Source: an uncultured delta proteobacterium
GTDB taxonomy: Bacteria; Myxococcota_A; UBA9160; SMWR01
Length of the DNA stretch: 64,000 nt
Assembly (NCBI GenBank): GCA_963832165.1
Contig: CAWHTE010000003.1
Location: 735,342-799,341, forward strand
Direction: 5' to 3'
Shown piece by piece: positions 40,535 to 50,339 of the stretch (position 1 is its first letter; each line of letters opens with the position of its first letter). The notes under the pieces are model-generated. The model was not told the origin of the DNA. It saw nothing but the letters and a program-made list of their open reading frames with translations, and did not search any database. The translations under genes and the position numbers were made by a program.

Positions 40535-41809
40535 GTGAGCCAGACCGACTTCGACGCCATCGATTTCTTCCGCGCCGGATCTCTCTACCAGAACCCGTAT
40601 CCGTACTACGAGCACCTGCGCGCGCACGGGCCCGTGTGGCGCGAGCCGCACCACGGTGTCGTGATGGTCACGGGATACAACGAGGCCGTCGAGGTCTACC
40701 ACGACACCGATCGCTATTCGAACTGCGTGGCCGTCGCAGGGCCGTTCGCGCAGTGGCCGGTTCCGCTCGAAGGCGAGGACATCAGCGCGATCATCGAGAA
40801 GTATCGCGACGGGCTCGTGTTCAGCGACCAGCTGCCCACGTTCGATCCCCCGAAGCACACCGCGCATCGCGCGCTCTTGGGTCGGCTGATCACGCCGAAG
40901 CGTCTCAAGGAGAACGAAGAGTTCATGTGGCGGCTCGCCGATCAGCAGATCGACGAGTTCCTGGGCCGCGGGCAGTGCGAATTCATCCGCGACTACGCGG
41001 GCCCCTTCACCCTGCTCGTCGTCGCGGATCTGCTCGGCGTTCCGGAAGAACAGCACGAACAGTTCCGGAAGGAGCTCCAGGGCGGCCACAAGCCGACCCA
41101 GGGTCCGGACGGGAAGATGAAGCACAAGCCGCTCGAGTTCCTCTACGAGCGGTTCACGAAGTACATCGAGGACCGCCGTCAGACGCCGCGCGACGACGTG
41201 ATGACGAAGATGGCCAACGCGACGTTCCCCGACGGGTCGCTGCCGGAAGTCCACGACATCATGCTGATCGCTTCGAATCTGTTCTCGGCGGGCGGGGAGA
41301 CCACGGCGCGATTGCTCGGGGTGATGTTTCAACAGCTCGGGGAGAACCCGGAGCTCCAGCAGCAGGTGCGCGGCGATCGCACCCTGATCCCGCGGCTCGC
41401 CGAGGAGTGCCTGCGCCTGGCTACACCGCTCCAGTGCACGTTCCGGATCTCGCGCGTCCGCGCCACGATCGGGGAGCTCGAGATTCCGCCCGGCACCACG
41501 GTGATGCTGCTGCCAGCGGCCGCCAACCTGGATCCTCGCGTCTTCGAAGATCCCACTGCGCTGCGGCTCGACCGCCCGAACTGGCGTCAGCACCTCGCGT
41601 TCGGGTCCGGTGTTCACAGCTGCGCGGGCGCGCCGCTGGCTCGAGCGGAGGCGCTGATCAGCACCAAGCGCCTGCTCGATCGGATGGCCGACATCCGGAT
41701 CTCCGAGTCGGCGCACGGCCCCGCTGGCGCGCGGCGCTACGAGTTCGGGAACCACTATCTGCTGCGCGGCCTCGAGCGGCTGCATCTGGAATTCGAGCCG
41801 ATTCGCTGA
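40535..41809 (+). CDS. Cytochrome P450 (CYP150-like)
   Basis: RBS aggag. DPPKH, TPKRLKENEEFMW, AGGETT, EECLR, FGSGVHSCAG. Confidence 0.9.
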   Translation: MSQTDFDAIDFFRAGSLYQNPYPYYEHLRAHGPVWREPHHGVVMVTGYNEAVEVYHDTDRYSNCVAVAGPFAQWPVPLEGEDISAIIEKYRDGLVFSDQLPTFDPPKHTAHRALLGRLITPKRLKENEEFMWRLADQQIDEFLGRGQCEFIRDYAGPFTLLVVADLLGVPEEQHEQFRKELQGGHKPTQGPDGKMKHKPLEFLYERFTKYIEDRRQTPRDDVMTKMANATFPDGSLPEVHDIMLIASNLFSAGGETTARLLGVMFQQLGENPELQQQVRGDRTLIPRLAEECLRLATPLQCTFRISRVRATIGELEIPPGTTVMLLPAAANLDPRVFEDPTALRLDRPNWRQHLAFGSGVHSCAGAPLARAEALISTKRLLDRMADIRISESAHGPAGARRYEFGNHYLLRGLERLHLEFEPIR

Positions 41810-41810
41810 C

Positions 41811-42017
41811 ATGCGCGTCGTCGTCGATCTCGATCTATGTGGCGGGCACGGGGTCTGCCAGGGCGAGGCGCCCGAGATCTTCCGTGTCGTCGACGAGCCG
41901 GGCGGCTATGCGCACGTCGAGGTGATCCTCGAGCGGCCGCCCGAGGAGCTTCGCGAGCAGGCGAAGGGTGCGGAGCGCCACTGTCCGAACCGCGTGATCA
42001 CGATCGTCGAAGATTGA
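41811..42017 (+). CDS. Ferredoxin (CxxHxxC...CP, 3Fe-4S type)
   Basis: CGGHGVC...CPNR directly after the P450. Confidence 0.88.
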   Translation: MRVVVDLDLCGGHGVCQGEAPEIFRVVDEPGGYAHVEVILERPPEELREQAKGAERHCPNRVITIVED

Positions 42018-42047
42018 TCGTGGCCGGCGCCCAGATCGGCTAGCACG

Positions 42048-42983
42048 GTGCGCATCGGCGTCTATCTCTCGACGCGACCCGCACAGCCGCTCCGGCAGAT
42101 GATCGAGCAGGCCCAACAGCTCGAGCAGCGCGGCCTCGATCTGCTCTGGCTCGGCCAGGTCTACGAATACGACGCGCTGGTGCTGGCTGCGCTGCTCGGG
42201 CGGGAGACGCAGCGCATCGCGCTAGGTACCTGGGTCGTACCCACCTATCCGCGCCACCCCGCCGCGATGGCGCAGCAGGCGCTCACCGCGCAGGCGGCCA
42301 GCAACGACCGGCTGCTGCTCGGCATCGGCCTGTCGCACCGGGTGGTGATCGAGAAGCGTCTGGGTCTCGACTTCGCGCGCCCCGTGCGCCACATGCGCGA
42401 GTACCTCGAGGTGCTCCTGCCGCTCTTGCGCGGCGAGCAGGTCGCGCATCACGGAGAGTGCTTCCGAGTGAAAATGAGTCTCGCCGTGCCCGGTGCGCAG
42501 CCGCCACCCGTGCTCGTGGGCGCGCTGGGACCGCAGATGTTGCGGCTGTGTGCGCGCCTCGCCGACGGCGTGGCGATCTGGCTCGGCGGTGCGGAGTTCC
42601 TCGAGCGTTTCGCGCTCGCGCATTTGCGCGAAGCGAGTGCGGCTGCAGGCCGTCCCCTCCCGCGCCTCGCCGTGGGCCTCCCGATCGCGGTCTGTCGCGA
42701 CCGCACCGCCGCGCGCGCAGCCGCGGCGCGCGTGCTGGCCGAGAGCTCCGCATTGCCGTCGTATCGGGCCGCGCTCGAGCGAGGCGGCGCGGCGGCGCCC
42801 GAGGACGTCGCGATCCTGGGCGACGAGGCCGAAGTTGGCGCGCAGCTCGCGCGCCTTGCGGCGCTCGGCGTCTCGGACTTCAACGCGGTATGCATGGCCG
42901 TACCCGGAGAGCCCGATTCTCTCGAGCGCACCCACGCGCTGCTCGCCGCAAGTGCTTTCGTAGGGCGGATTAGCGAAGCGTAA
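42048..42983 (+). CDS. LLM-class oxidoreductase, probably F420-dependent
   Basis: VVPTYPRHP, QQALT, LGIGLSH, REYL, ALGPQML. Confidence 0.8.
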   Translation: MRIGVYLSTRPAQPLRQMIEQAQQLEQRGLDLLWLGQVYEYDALVLAALLGRETQRIALGTWVVPTYPRHPAAMAQQALTAQAASNDRLLLGIGLSHRVVIEKRLGLDFARPVRHMREYLEVLLPLLRGEQVAHHGECFRVKMSLAVPGAQPPPVLVGALGPQMLRLCARLADGVAIWLGGAEFLERFALAHLREASAAAGRPLPRLAVGLPIAVCRDRTAARAAAARVLAESSALPSYRAALERGGAAAPEDVAILGDEAEVGAQLARLAALGVSDFNAVCMAVPGEPDSLERTHALLAASAFVGRISEA

Positions 42984-43047
42984 TCCGCCATTTCGGCCGT
43001 CGCGGAATGGCGGATTACGGACCTTCGGTCCTAATCCGCCCTACGAA
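42957..43047. repeat. GTAG-type REP inverted doublet
   Basis: GTAGggcggattagcgaagcgtaatccgcca ... tggcggattacggaccttcggtcctaatccgccCTAC: two palindromic units in inverted orientation. Confidence 0.8.
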
Positions 43048-43483
43048 TTGTCGGTCGCGCCGGCTTCAGAATCGCGCGCGTGCCGATCTCGTGCGTCACC
43101 CTCATGGCGCGGTGGTGGATGCGCCAGCCCTCGTGCGTGCGCACGAGACGGTCGCGGTATTCGCCGAAGCACTCGTACTCGAGCTGGGCCTGCGCACCCT
43201 GGCCCATGTGGTGCGCGCGGACCGAGCAGATGCTCACGGCCTCGTCTCCGGAGATCTCGATCCGGTAGACGCCGAGCAGGTGCTGCGTTGGACCGCAGCC
43301 GCCGAGCATGCTCTGGACGAGGTTCCGGATCTCGTCGCGGCCCGTGCAGCGATGATCGCCGAAATCCGCGACCGCGTCGGGCGTGAACACGCGTTCGAGC
43401 AGTACCCAGTCGCGCGCGTCGAGCGCCACCGCGTAGCGGTCGAGCGTCTCGATCACGGCGAATCGGTCCTCGGGGAGCGTCAC
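43031..43483 (-). CDS. SnoaL/NTF2-like protein
   Basis: RYAVALDARDW...FTPDA, TQHLLG, GEYRDRLVRT..GWRI. Confidence 0.88.
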   Translation of the reverse strand: MTLPEDRFAVIETLDRYAVALDARDWVLLERVFTPDAVADFGDHRCTGRDEIRNLVQSMLGGCGPTQHLLGVYRIEISGDEAVSICSVRAHHMGQGAQAQLEYECFGEYRDRLVRTHEGWRIHHRAMRVTHEIGTRAILKPARPTIRRAD

Positions 43484-43553
43484 GCGTCGGATCCTACACC
43501 TCGGACCGCGCTCCTGTAGAATGCGCCTCCGCGATTCCGAGAGGAGACCCCCG

Positions 43554-44639
43554 ATGAAGGCTGCGCTCTTTCAGCAGGCCCACGAGCCCCTGACGATCGA
43601 AGACGTCGATCTGGCCGAGCTGCGGTCCGACGAGGTGCTCGTGCGCACGGTCTGCAGCGGGGTCTGCCACTCCGACCTGCACGTCGTCGACGGCATGGGC
43701 AATCTCCAGATGCCAATGGTGCTCGGACACGAGGCATCGGGAGTCGTGGAGCAGGCCGGAAAGGACGTGAGCTACGTCAAGCCCGGCGACCGCGTGATCC
43801 TGTCGCTCAAGCCCTTCTGCGGCAACTGCTACTACTGCCTGGGCGGTCGGCCGCATCTGTGCAACGACCGCGAGCTCGCGTCGGCGGTCGGCCGGCGGAT
43901 CACCTGGAAGGGCAAGCCCGTGCTGCAGATGGGCAGCGTGGGCTCGTTCGCCGAGTACATGATCACGACCGACTCGGGCGTCGTGAAGATCCCGAACGAG
44001 ATGCCGATGGCGGAGGCCGCGCTGGTCGGCTGCGCCGTCATGACGGGCGTGGGCGCAGCGCTCTACACCGCGCAGGTTCCCGGCGGAGCGATCACGGCCG
44101 TGGTCGGCTGCGGCGGCGTCGGGCTCAACATCATCCAGGGCTGTCAGCTGGCCGGCGCGAGCCAGATCATCGCGATCGACGTGGCTCCCTACAAGCTCGA
44201 GCTCGCGAAGAAGTTCGGCGCGACCCATACGATCAACGCCAAGGAGGCCGACCCGGTCAAGGCGGTCAAGGAGCTCACGGGTCGTCTCGGTGCGGAGTAC
44301 GCGTTCGAGGCGATCGGCAGCCCCGCCACCGCGCGCCAGGCGTTCGACATGGTGCGCCCGGGCGGCACCGCCGTGGTAGTCGGCGTGATGGGGGCGGGCG
44401 AGATCAGCGTGCCCGGTGCGGGCTTCTCGCTCAGCGAGAAGAAGCTGATCGGGTGCATGTACGGCAGCACGCGCTTCCGCGAGCACATGCCCAAGCTCGT
44501 CGACCTGTTCCTGCAGGGAAGATTGAACCTGACGGGGCTCGTCACCGAACGGATGCCGCTCTCGGACGTGAACCGCGCCTTCGATCTCATGCGCGAAGGC
44601 AGGGTGGCGCGTACGGTGCTCGACATCAGCGCGGCATGA
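43554..44639 (+). CDS. Zn-dependent alcohol dehydrogenase
   Basis: CHSD, GHE, CGNCYYC...C, GCGGVG. Confidence 0.92.
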   Translation: MKAALFQQAHEPLTIEDVDLAELRSDEVLVRTVCSGVCHSDLHVVDGMGNLQMPMVLGHEASGVVEQAGKDVSYVKPGDRVILSLKPFCGNCYYCLGGRPHLCNDRELASAVGRRITWKGKPVLQMGSVGSFAEYMITTDSGVVKIPNEMPMAEAALVGCAVMTGVGAALYTAQVPGGAITAVVGCGGVGLNIIQGCQLAGASQIIAIDVAPYKLELAKKFGATHTINAKEADPVKAVKELTGRLGAEYAFEAIGSPATARQAFDMVRPGGTAVVVGVMGAGEISVPGAGFSLSEKKLIGCMYGSTRFREHMPKLVDLFLQGRLNLTGLVTERMPLSDVNRAFDLMREGRVARTVLDISAA

Positions 44640-44666
44640 CGACGGCGCTCGGCCCAGAGCCAGGCG

Positions 44667-46316
44667 ATGCCGTTTCCCGACTTCACGCCGACGCTGCCCG
44701 TCCTGCTGCGGCGGATGGCCGCCGAGTACGGGTCGCGTGAGTTGATAACGACCGAGGCGCGCCGCCTGACCTATGCGCAGGCCGAGAGCGAGTCGGCCGA
44801 GCTCGCACGCGCGCTGCTCGCGAGTGGCGTGGGCAAGGGCAGCCGCGTCGGAATCGGGTTCCCCAACGGGCCCGATTGGCTCGTCGCGTTCTTCGCCGCG
44901 ACGCGCATCGGCGCGCTCGCGGTCCCGATCAGCACCTTCTACCAGGCACGCGAGCTCGGCTGGGTGCTGCGCCACGCCGACGTGCAGATCCTGCTGTGCT
45001 GTTCGAGCATGCTGCGACACGACTTTCTCGCGCGGCTCGAGCGCGGAGCGCCGGGTCTGGCCGAGTGCAAGGGCGAGCCTCTCTACGTGCGCGAGCTGCC
45101 GCAGCTGCGCGCGGTGCGCGCGTGGGGCGGCGCAACCCGCGACTTTGCGCTGGACGGACCCGGCAGCTTCGCGGCCGCGCGGCGCGCGGCACCGGCCATC
45201 GACGCGGACTTCCTCGAGCTCGTCGAGGCAGGTGTTTCGCCCGCGGATCCGGCCGTGGTGATCTACACGTCCGGTAGCACCGCCGAGCCGAAGGGCGCCC
45301 TGCACACGCACGGAACGCTGGTGCGCCATTCCTTCAACCTGGGCCAGTACATCGACTTCACGGCGAGCGACCGGATCTACGCGTCGATGCCATTCTTCTG
45401 GGTGGGGGGCATCGCGGCCTCGCTGCTCCCGTGCATGTACCGCGGCGCGACATTGCTATGCGAGGAGGGCTTCGATCCCGACCGCACGCTGGCCTTCCTC
45501 TCGCGCGAACGTGCCACCGTCGTGGGTGCGTGGCCCGCCGTGACCCAGGCGCTCGTACAGCACCCGCGACTGCGCGAGTTCGACTTCTCGTGCGTGCGCA
45601 GCGGAACGCTCTACGAGGTGATGCCTCCCGAGAAGCGCCCCGTGGATCTCGAGCTGCGCACGAACTCGCTCGGCATGACGGAGACCTGCGGCCCCCACAC
45701 CTGGGGCGACAGGGAGGTGGACCTGCCCGAGTCGCAGCGCGGCACGTTCGGTAGCGCGGTGCCCGGAGTCGAGCACAAGGTGGTCGATCCCGAGACGGGA
45801 GAGATCCTCGGCCCCGGCGAGTACGGCGAGATCTGTGTGCGCGGCTACAACGTCTGCCAGGGGCTCTACAAGCGCGAGCGCGAGGAGTCGTTCGACGCCG
45901 ACGGGTACTACCACACCGGGGACGGCGGTTGGTTCGATCCGGAGGGGAACCTGTTCTTCAAAGGGCGGATCGGCGACATGATCAAGACCGCGGGAGCGAA
46001 CGTGGCGCCGCGCGAGGTCGAGATTGCGCTCGAGGCGCTTCCGGAGGTCAAGCTCGCCGCCGTGGTCGGCGTGCCCGATCCCGTGCGCGGACAGCTCGTG
46101 GTGGCAGCCGTCGTGGCCGAGCCGGGGCGGCAGGTCGATCCCGATGCCGTGCGGGCGCGTCTGCGCGACGAGCTGTCCTCGTACAAGGTCCCGCGACACC
46201 TGTTCGTGTTGGGGAGCGACGAGCTTCCGCTCACGGACAGCGGCAAGGTCCACAAGAAACGATTGCTCGAGTTGCTCGAGCCGCGCGTGCGCACGGAGAC
46301 CGGGCAGCGCTCGTAG
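44667..46316 (+). CDS. Class I adenylate-forming enzyme (acyl-CoA ligase)
   Basis: YTSGSTAEPKG, GMTET, YHTGD, KTAGANVAP, GKVHK. Confidence 0.9.
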   Translation: MPFPDFTPTLPVLLRRMAAEYGSRELITTEARRLTYAQAESESAELARALLASGVGKGSRVGIGFPNGPDWLVAFFAATRIGALAVPISTFYQARELGWVLRHADVQILLCCSSMLRHDFLARLERGAPGLAECKGEPLYVRELPQLRAVRAWGGATRDFALDGPGSFAAARRAAPAIDADFLELVEAGVSPADPAVVIYTSGSTAEPKGALHTHGTLVRHSFNLGQYIDFTASDRIYASMPFFWVGGIAASLLPCMYRGATLLCEEGFDPDRTLAFLSRERATVVGAWPAVTQALVQHPRLREFDFSCVRSGTLYEVMPPEKRPVDLELRTNSLGMTETCGPHTWGDREVDLPESQRGTFGSAVPGVEHKVVDPETGEILGPGEYGEICVRGYNVCQGLYKREREESFDADGYYHTGDGGWFDPEGNLFFKGRIGDMIKTAGANVAPREVEIALEALPEVKLAAVVGVPDPVRGQLVVAAVVAEPGRQVDPDAVRARLRDELSSYKVPRHLFVLGSDELPLTDSGKVHKKRLLELLEPRVRTETGQRS

Positions 46317-46319
46317 GGC

Positions 46320-47504
46320 TCAGAAGTTCTTCGGCAGGCCGAGATGTCGCCGCGCGATGATGTTCTTCTGGACCTCCGATGATCCACCGCCCAGCGTGTC
46401 GACCGCGGTCGCGCGGTAGGCGTGCTCGAAGCGCCCACGCAGCGGCGCGTCGTCCTGCCCCTCGCGGAGCTGAGCCGCCGGGCCGATCACGTCGAGCGCC
46501 TCGCGGCACACGCGCTGCCCGAGCTCGGTGCTGAACAGCTTGTACTGCGAGGCCTGCGCGGTAGGCGGCTTGCCGGTGACGTCCTTGGCGGCACATACGA
46601 AGCGCGTCGAGAGCGCGCGCGCCGCCGCGGTATCCGTGGCGACGCGTGCGACGAGCCGGCGGATCCGCGAGTCGTCGCGCAGCGGGACCCCGTCGCGCTT
46701 CGCGTGCTTCACGTACTCGATCAACAGCTTCGTGCGCTCCAGCACCGGCGACAGCGTGTACAGCGTGAATCGCTCGAGGTCGAGCGCCTCGGAGATGTAC
46801 TGGAAGCCCCTGCCGCGCTCGCCCACGAGGTAGTCGTCGGGCACGAACACGTCGTCGAAGAACACCTGGTTGGTGGTGTCCTTGGCGATCGTCGGCATGC
46901 TCTGGATCTCGAGCCCGGAGTGATTCAGCGGGATCAGGAACAGCGAGATCCCGTCGTGCTTGGGCTTGTCCGGATCGGTGCGCGCGCCGACCCAGTACCA
47001 GTCGGCGAAGTGCGCGGAGGTCGTCCAGATCTTCTGGCCGTTGAGCTTCCAGCCGCCTTCCACCTTCACGGCCTTGAGCTGCATGTTCGCGGCGTCCGAG
47101 CCGGCCTGGGGCTCGCTGTAGCCGAGTGCGAACTCGATCTCGGCGTCGAGGATCTTCGGCAGGAACTCGCGCTTGAGCTTCTCGCTGCCGTGGCGGATCA
47201 GTGTCTTGCCGATGATGCCGATGCCCTTGCCGATCTGCGGGGCACCGTGGCGGGAGAGTGCCTCGTTGAGGATGTACTCGTAGATGCCCTCGATCTCCTG
47301 GCCGCCGTACCGTTTGGGCCAGGTCATCCCGAGCCACCCCTTCGCTGCGAGCTTCTTCATGAATGCGCGCCGCTCGGGTGTATCGACGAGCTGCGCGAAG
47401 TTCTCGCGCGTCGGGTCCATCACCTCCGGGTCGTGATTCTCGACCAGCCACTTCTCGACTTCGTCGGCGAAGGCCTGCTCCTGGGGGTCGAGATCGAAGT
47501 CCAC
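46320..47504 (-). CDS. Acyl-CoA dehydrogenase
   Basis: GYSEPQAGSD, NGQKIWT, GGGSSEVQKNIIA. Confidence 0.9.
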   Translation of the reverse strand: MDFDLDPQEQAFADEVEKWLVENHDPEVMDPTRENFAQLVDTPERRAFMKKLAAKGWLGMTWPKRYGGQEIEGIYEYILNEALSRHGAPQIGKGIGIIGKTLIRHGSEKLKREFLPKILDAEIEFALGYSEPQAGSDAANMQLKAVKVEGGWKLNGQKIWTTSAHFADWYWVGARTDPDKPKHDGISLFLIPLNHSGLEIQSMPTIAKDTTNQVFFDDVFVPDDYLVGERGRGFQYISEALDLERFTLYTLSPVLERTKLLIEYVKHAKRDGVPLRDDSRIRRLVARVATDTAAARALSTRFVCAAKDVTGKPPTAQASQYKLFSTELGQRVCREALDVIGPAAQLREGQDDAPLRGRFEHAYRATAVDTLGGGSSEVQKNIIARRHLGLPKNF

Positions 47505-47515
47505 GCGGGCTCCTG

Positions 47516-48175
47516 CTAGTCGGTGGCGTCGAGCTGCCGCAGGCAGCGCTCGACGAACGCGAGCGTCTCGGCGTGACCCGTGGTGATACCCAGCGCCTTC
47601 TCCATCACGAGCAGCTGGGCGATGCTCGTCATCAAGACGGAGGCGGCGAGGGGAGGGCACACATCCGCGTCGATTCCGGCGCGTGCGAAGAGAGCCGACA
47701 GCGCGTCGACCTGGATCGCGCGGAAGCGATCGCCGTACGATGCGATCTCCGTGCGAATCGCCTTGCGATGGTTCGCCAGCGCGGCGAACTCCATCATGAG
47801 TGCCGTGCCCGCGGGTTCGCGGCTGAGCGCCCACGAGGCGCGCAGGCGCTTCGGTGAGGCCAGCGCTCGCGCCTGGCGCTCGAGGTTCTTCTCTGCGCCG
47901 CGCCGGAACACGGCGAGGAACAGGTCGTCCATGGTGCGAAAGTAGTAGTGGACGAGGGCCGGCTTCACGCCCGCCTCGGCCGCGACGCGTCGCGAGCTCA
48001 CGGCGGCGTAGCCCTCGTCCAGGAGCAGGCGCTCGGTTGCGTCGAGCAGCATCGCGCGGGTGGCGGAGCTCTCGGTTCCGATCCGTCGGAGCGCCGCTTC
48101 GCCGCCGGCGCGTTTGTGGGAGGGCTTCCGGCCGGTACTCCGTCGCCGCGCCGGCGTTTCCGTGCTTGACCTCAT
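47516..48175 (-). CDS. TetR/AcrR family regulator (start uncertain)
   Basis: EGYAAVSSRRVAAEAGVKPALVHYYF HTH. Confidence 0.85.
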   Translation of the reverse strand: MRSSTETPARRRSTGRKPSHKRAGGEAALRRIGTESSATRAMLLDATERLLLDEGYAAVSSRRVAAEAGVKPALVHYYFRTMDDLFLAVFRRGAEKNLERQARALASPKRLRASWALSREPAGTALMMEFAALANHRKAIRTEIASYGDRFRAIQVDALSALFARAGIDADVCPPLAASVLMTSIAQLLVMEKALGITTGHAETLAFVERCLRQLDATD

Positions 48176-48186
48176 GACCCGCACCA

Positions 48187-48229
48187 TGCTAAGCAGACGC
48201 TCAGCACAGTGCTGAGCAGTCGCCCAATG
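48187..48229. promoter_or_regulatory. Overlapping palindromes, candidate TetR operator
   Basis: tgctaagc-agac-gctcagca (48187-48206) and perfect gctcagcac-a-gtgctgagc (48199-48217), between the divergent tetR and P450. Confidence 0.6.
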
Positions 48230-48290
48230 GGCGGGAACGTACAGCGAGTCGCCGGGATCCGCCCGGCCTCGCCGGGCAGGAGGGCGCGCA

Positions 48291-48762
48291 GTGAGCCAGC
48301 TCGAGCGGTTCGAGAAGGTCGACTTCTTCACCGACCCGTCGCTGATCGAAGATCCGTACCCGTACTTCGACTACCTGCGCGCGCAGGGTCCGGTGTTGCG
48401 TCTCCGCACCACGGCGTGGTGGCGGTGACGGGCTACGACGAGGCGGTGACCGTCTACAAGGACACCGACACGTTCTCGTCGTGCAACTCGGTGGTCGGAC
48501 CGTTCGCCGCGTTCCCGGTTCGGCTCGAGGGCGACGACATCAGCGAGATCATCGCCCGTCACCGCGACCAGCTCCCGATGCACGAACACATGGTCACGAT
48601 GGATCCGCCCGAACACTCGCGCGAGCGCGCACTGCTGATGCGGCTGATCACGCCGAGGCGCCTCAAGGAGAACGAGGAGTTCATGTGGCGCCTCGCCGAC
48701 TTGCAGCTCGACGAGTTCCGGGCGAGGGCGAGTGCGAATTCATCGGAGATTATTCGCAGCCG
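48291..48762 (+). pseudogene. Truncated, frameshifted CYP150-like P450 (N-terminal third)
   Basis: DFFTDPSLIEDPYPY...DPPEH...TPRRLKENEEFMW...CEFIGDYSQP, then homology stops. Paralog of 40535-41809. Confidence 0.8.
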
Positions 48763-49069
48763 TCGCTCGAGACCCGCGAAGACCGCTGCCCACGCGCATA
48801 CGCGTACACCAGCAACGCCACCATCATCGCCGGATCATGCGCCGGGCGCCCGTGACCGTCCGCGCGGTAGTCGGCGTAAAACGCGCTCAGATCCATCTCC
48901 TCAACCGCCGCGATCACGAACCGCGCGAAGTGATCGGCGGGCAGCCAATCGTCCACGCTCGGCGGCAACAAGAACACCTGATCCCGATCGCACCCCAAGA
49001 AACGCTGCGCCATCCACGCATCCCTTAACCGCGTCGGATGGATCCGCCGCAGGCTTTATGCAACAGCCT
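48763..49069 (-). mobile_element. IS1182-like element, left end plus N-terminal transposase fragment
   Basis: MAQRFLGCDRDQVFLLPPSVDDWLP..H.AR...GRPAHDPAMM.ALLVYAYARG.RSSR. Putative end AGGCTGTTGCATAAA on the minus strand. Confidence 0.75.
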
Positions 49070-49220
49070 CCATGGAAAGCTGCAGCGCAGGCCCCATGCC
49101 AATGCCAGCGGCTCCACCGCGGTGAAGTGGTTGGCCAGGGCGATCGCCGAGTGAACGGGTGCGGCCGTGGGTGTGCATGATGAACGGCTCCACCCGCGGC
49201 CGTCCGAGGAAGAGGACGCG

Positions 49221-50222
49221 ATGCCCGCCCTCCAGTTGATCGGCTTCGGCGAGCCGGCCGAGGTCGTGACGCTTGTTTCCCAGCCCGCGCTCGTTGCCTG
49301 TCGCGATGAGGTGGTCGTCGCGTTGGAGGCCGCGACCGTCCATCCGTCGGACATCCACCTGATCCGCGGCTTCTACGGGGTAAGACCGGGAGCTGCCAGC
49401 GCCGCTTGGTGCAGAGGGCGTGGGAAAGGTCGTCGAAGTAGGGCCCGGTGCTGACCTACGCGCTCCCTCGGGCGCCGCGTCGCGATCCTGCCGACCTACG
49501 AGCAGGGCACGTGGGGTGATCGCGCCCTTGTCGCGGGCCCGAGATGTGGTGGCGGTTAGCGACGAAGGCGATCCGCAGCAGTCCTCGCAATGATCGGCGT
49601 GAACCCGATCACGGCGCTGCTGCTCCTGCGTCTGTTCGGACCTCTTTCCCAGGGGCGACTGGATCGCCCAGACTGGAGCCAATTCCGCGGTCGGTCGGTA
49701 CATCATCAGCCAGCCCGGCCCGGCGCGCCGGGATTAATACGCTGAACGTGGTGCGCAGGCAGGAGGCCGCGACGCAGGTCAGCGTCGCGGGCGGCGACCG
49801 CGTCGTGATCGAAGGCGAGGACTTCCCGGCCCAGTTAGAGCGTGTGCTTGGCGGCCAGGAGTTGGCTCTCGTGCTCGACTCGATCGGCGGCCCGGTCGTG
49901 ACCGAGCTCGCCCACCGGCTGCGCTTCGCGGGCAAGGTCGTCAGCTTCGGCGCACTCAGCGGTCAGCCAACCGCGCTGGACGTCCGCCAGGACCTGATCT
50001 ACCGGAACGTCAGCCACCACGGCTTCTGGACGTACCACTGGCTGACGCGGGCGGCGCGCGCGGAGATCGACGAGGCCTATCAGGAGATCGTCGCCCTCGT
50101 CACCAGCGGCGAGCTGAGGCCGACATCGATGCAACGTTCCGCCTTGAGCAGTAGCCGACGCCCTGAGCCGCGCCGAGCAGTATCGGCGCCGCGGCAAGGT
50201 CCTGTTCGTCTTCGGCGACTGA
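49221..50222 (+). pseudogene. MDR-family (2-enoyl thioester reductase-like) oxidoreductase, several frameshifts
   Basis: Segments LQLIGFGEP, HPSDIHLIRGFYG, GAEGVG, VNPITA, NVVRR, GKVLF lie in different frames. Confidence 0.7.
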
Positions 50223-50339
50223 CCTGCGGAGATCCGAGCAGCCGCGGCGATCGCGTGCTGCACGATTGCTGCTTCGGAACGAGCCCAGCAATCTGAGCGG
50301 GCGCTTGCCTCGCACGGAGCGGCGCCGGAGGAGTGAGCT

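Noticed and set aside
37556..41809. 1417-aa ORF suggesting a giant P450 fusion
   Set aside because: Only 40535-41809 is the P450, with its own RBS and GTG. The rest is an Arg/Ala-rich off-frame read through the monooxygenase and ligase genes.
11194..46316. NRPS/PKS-like biosynthetic cluster
   Set aside because: No carrier protein, condensation or ketosynthase domains. The enzyme mix looks catabolic.
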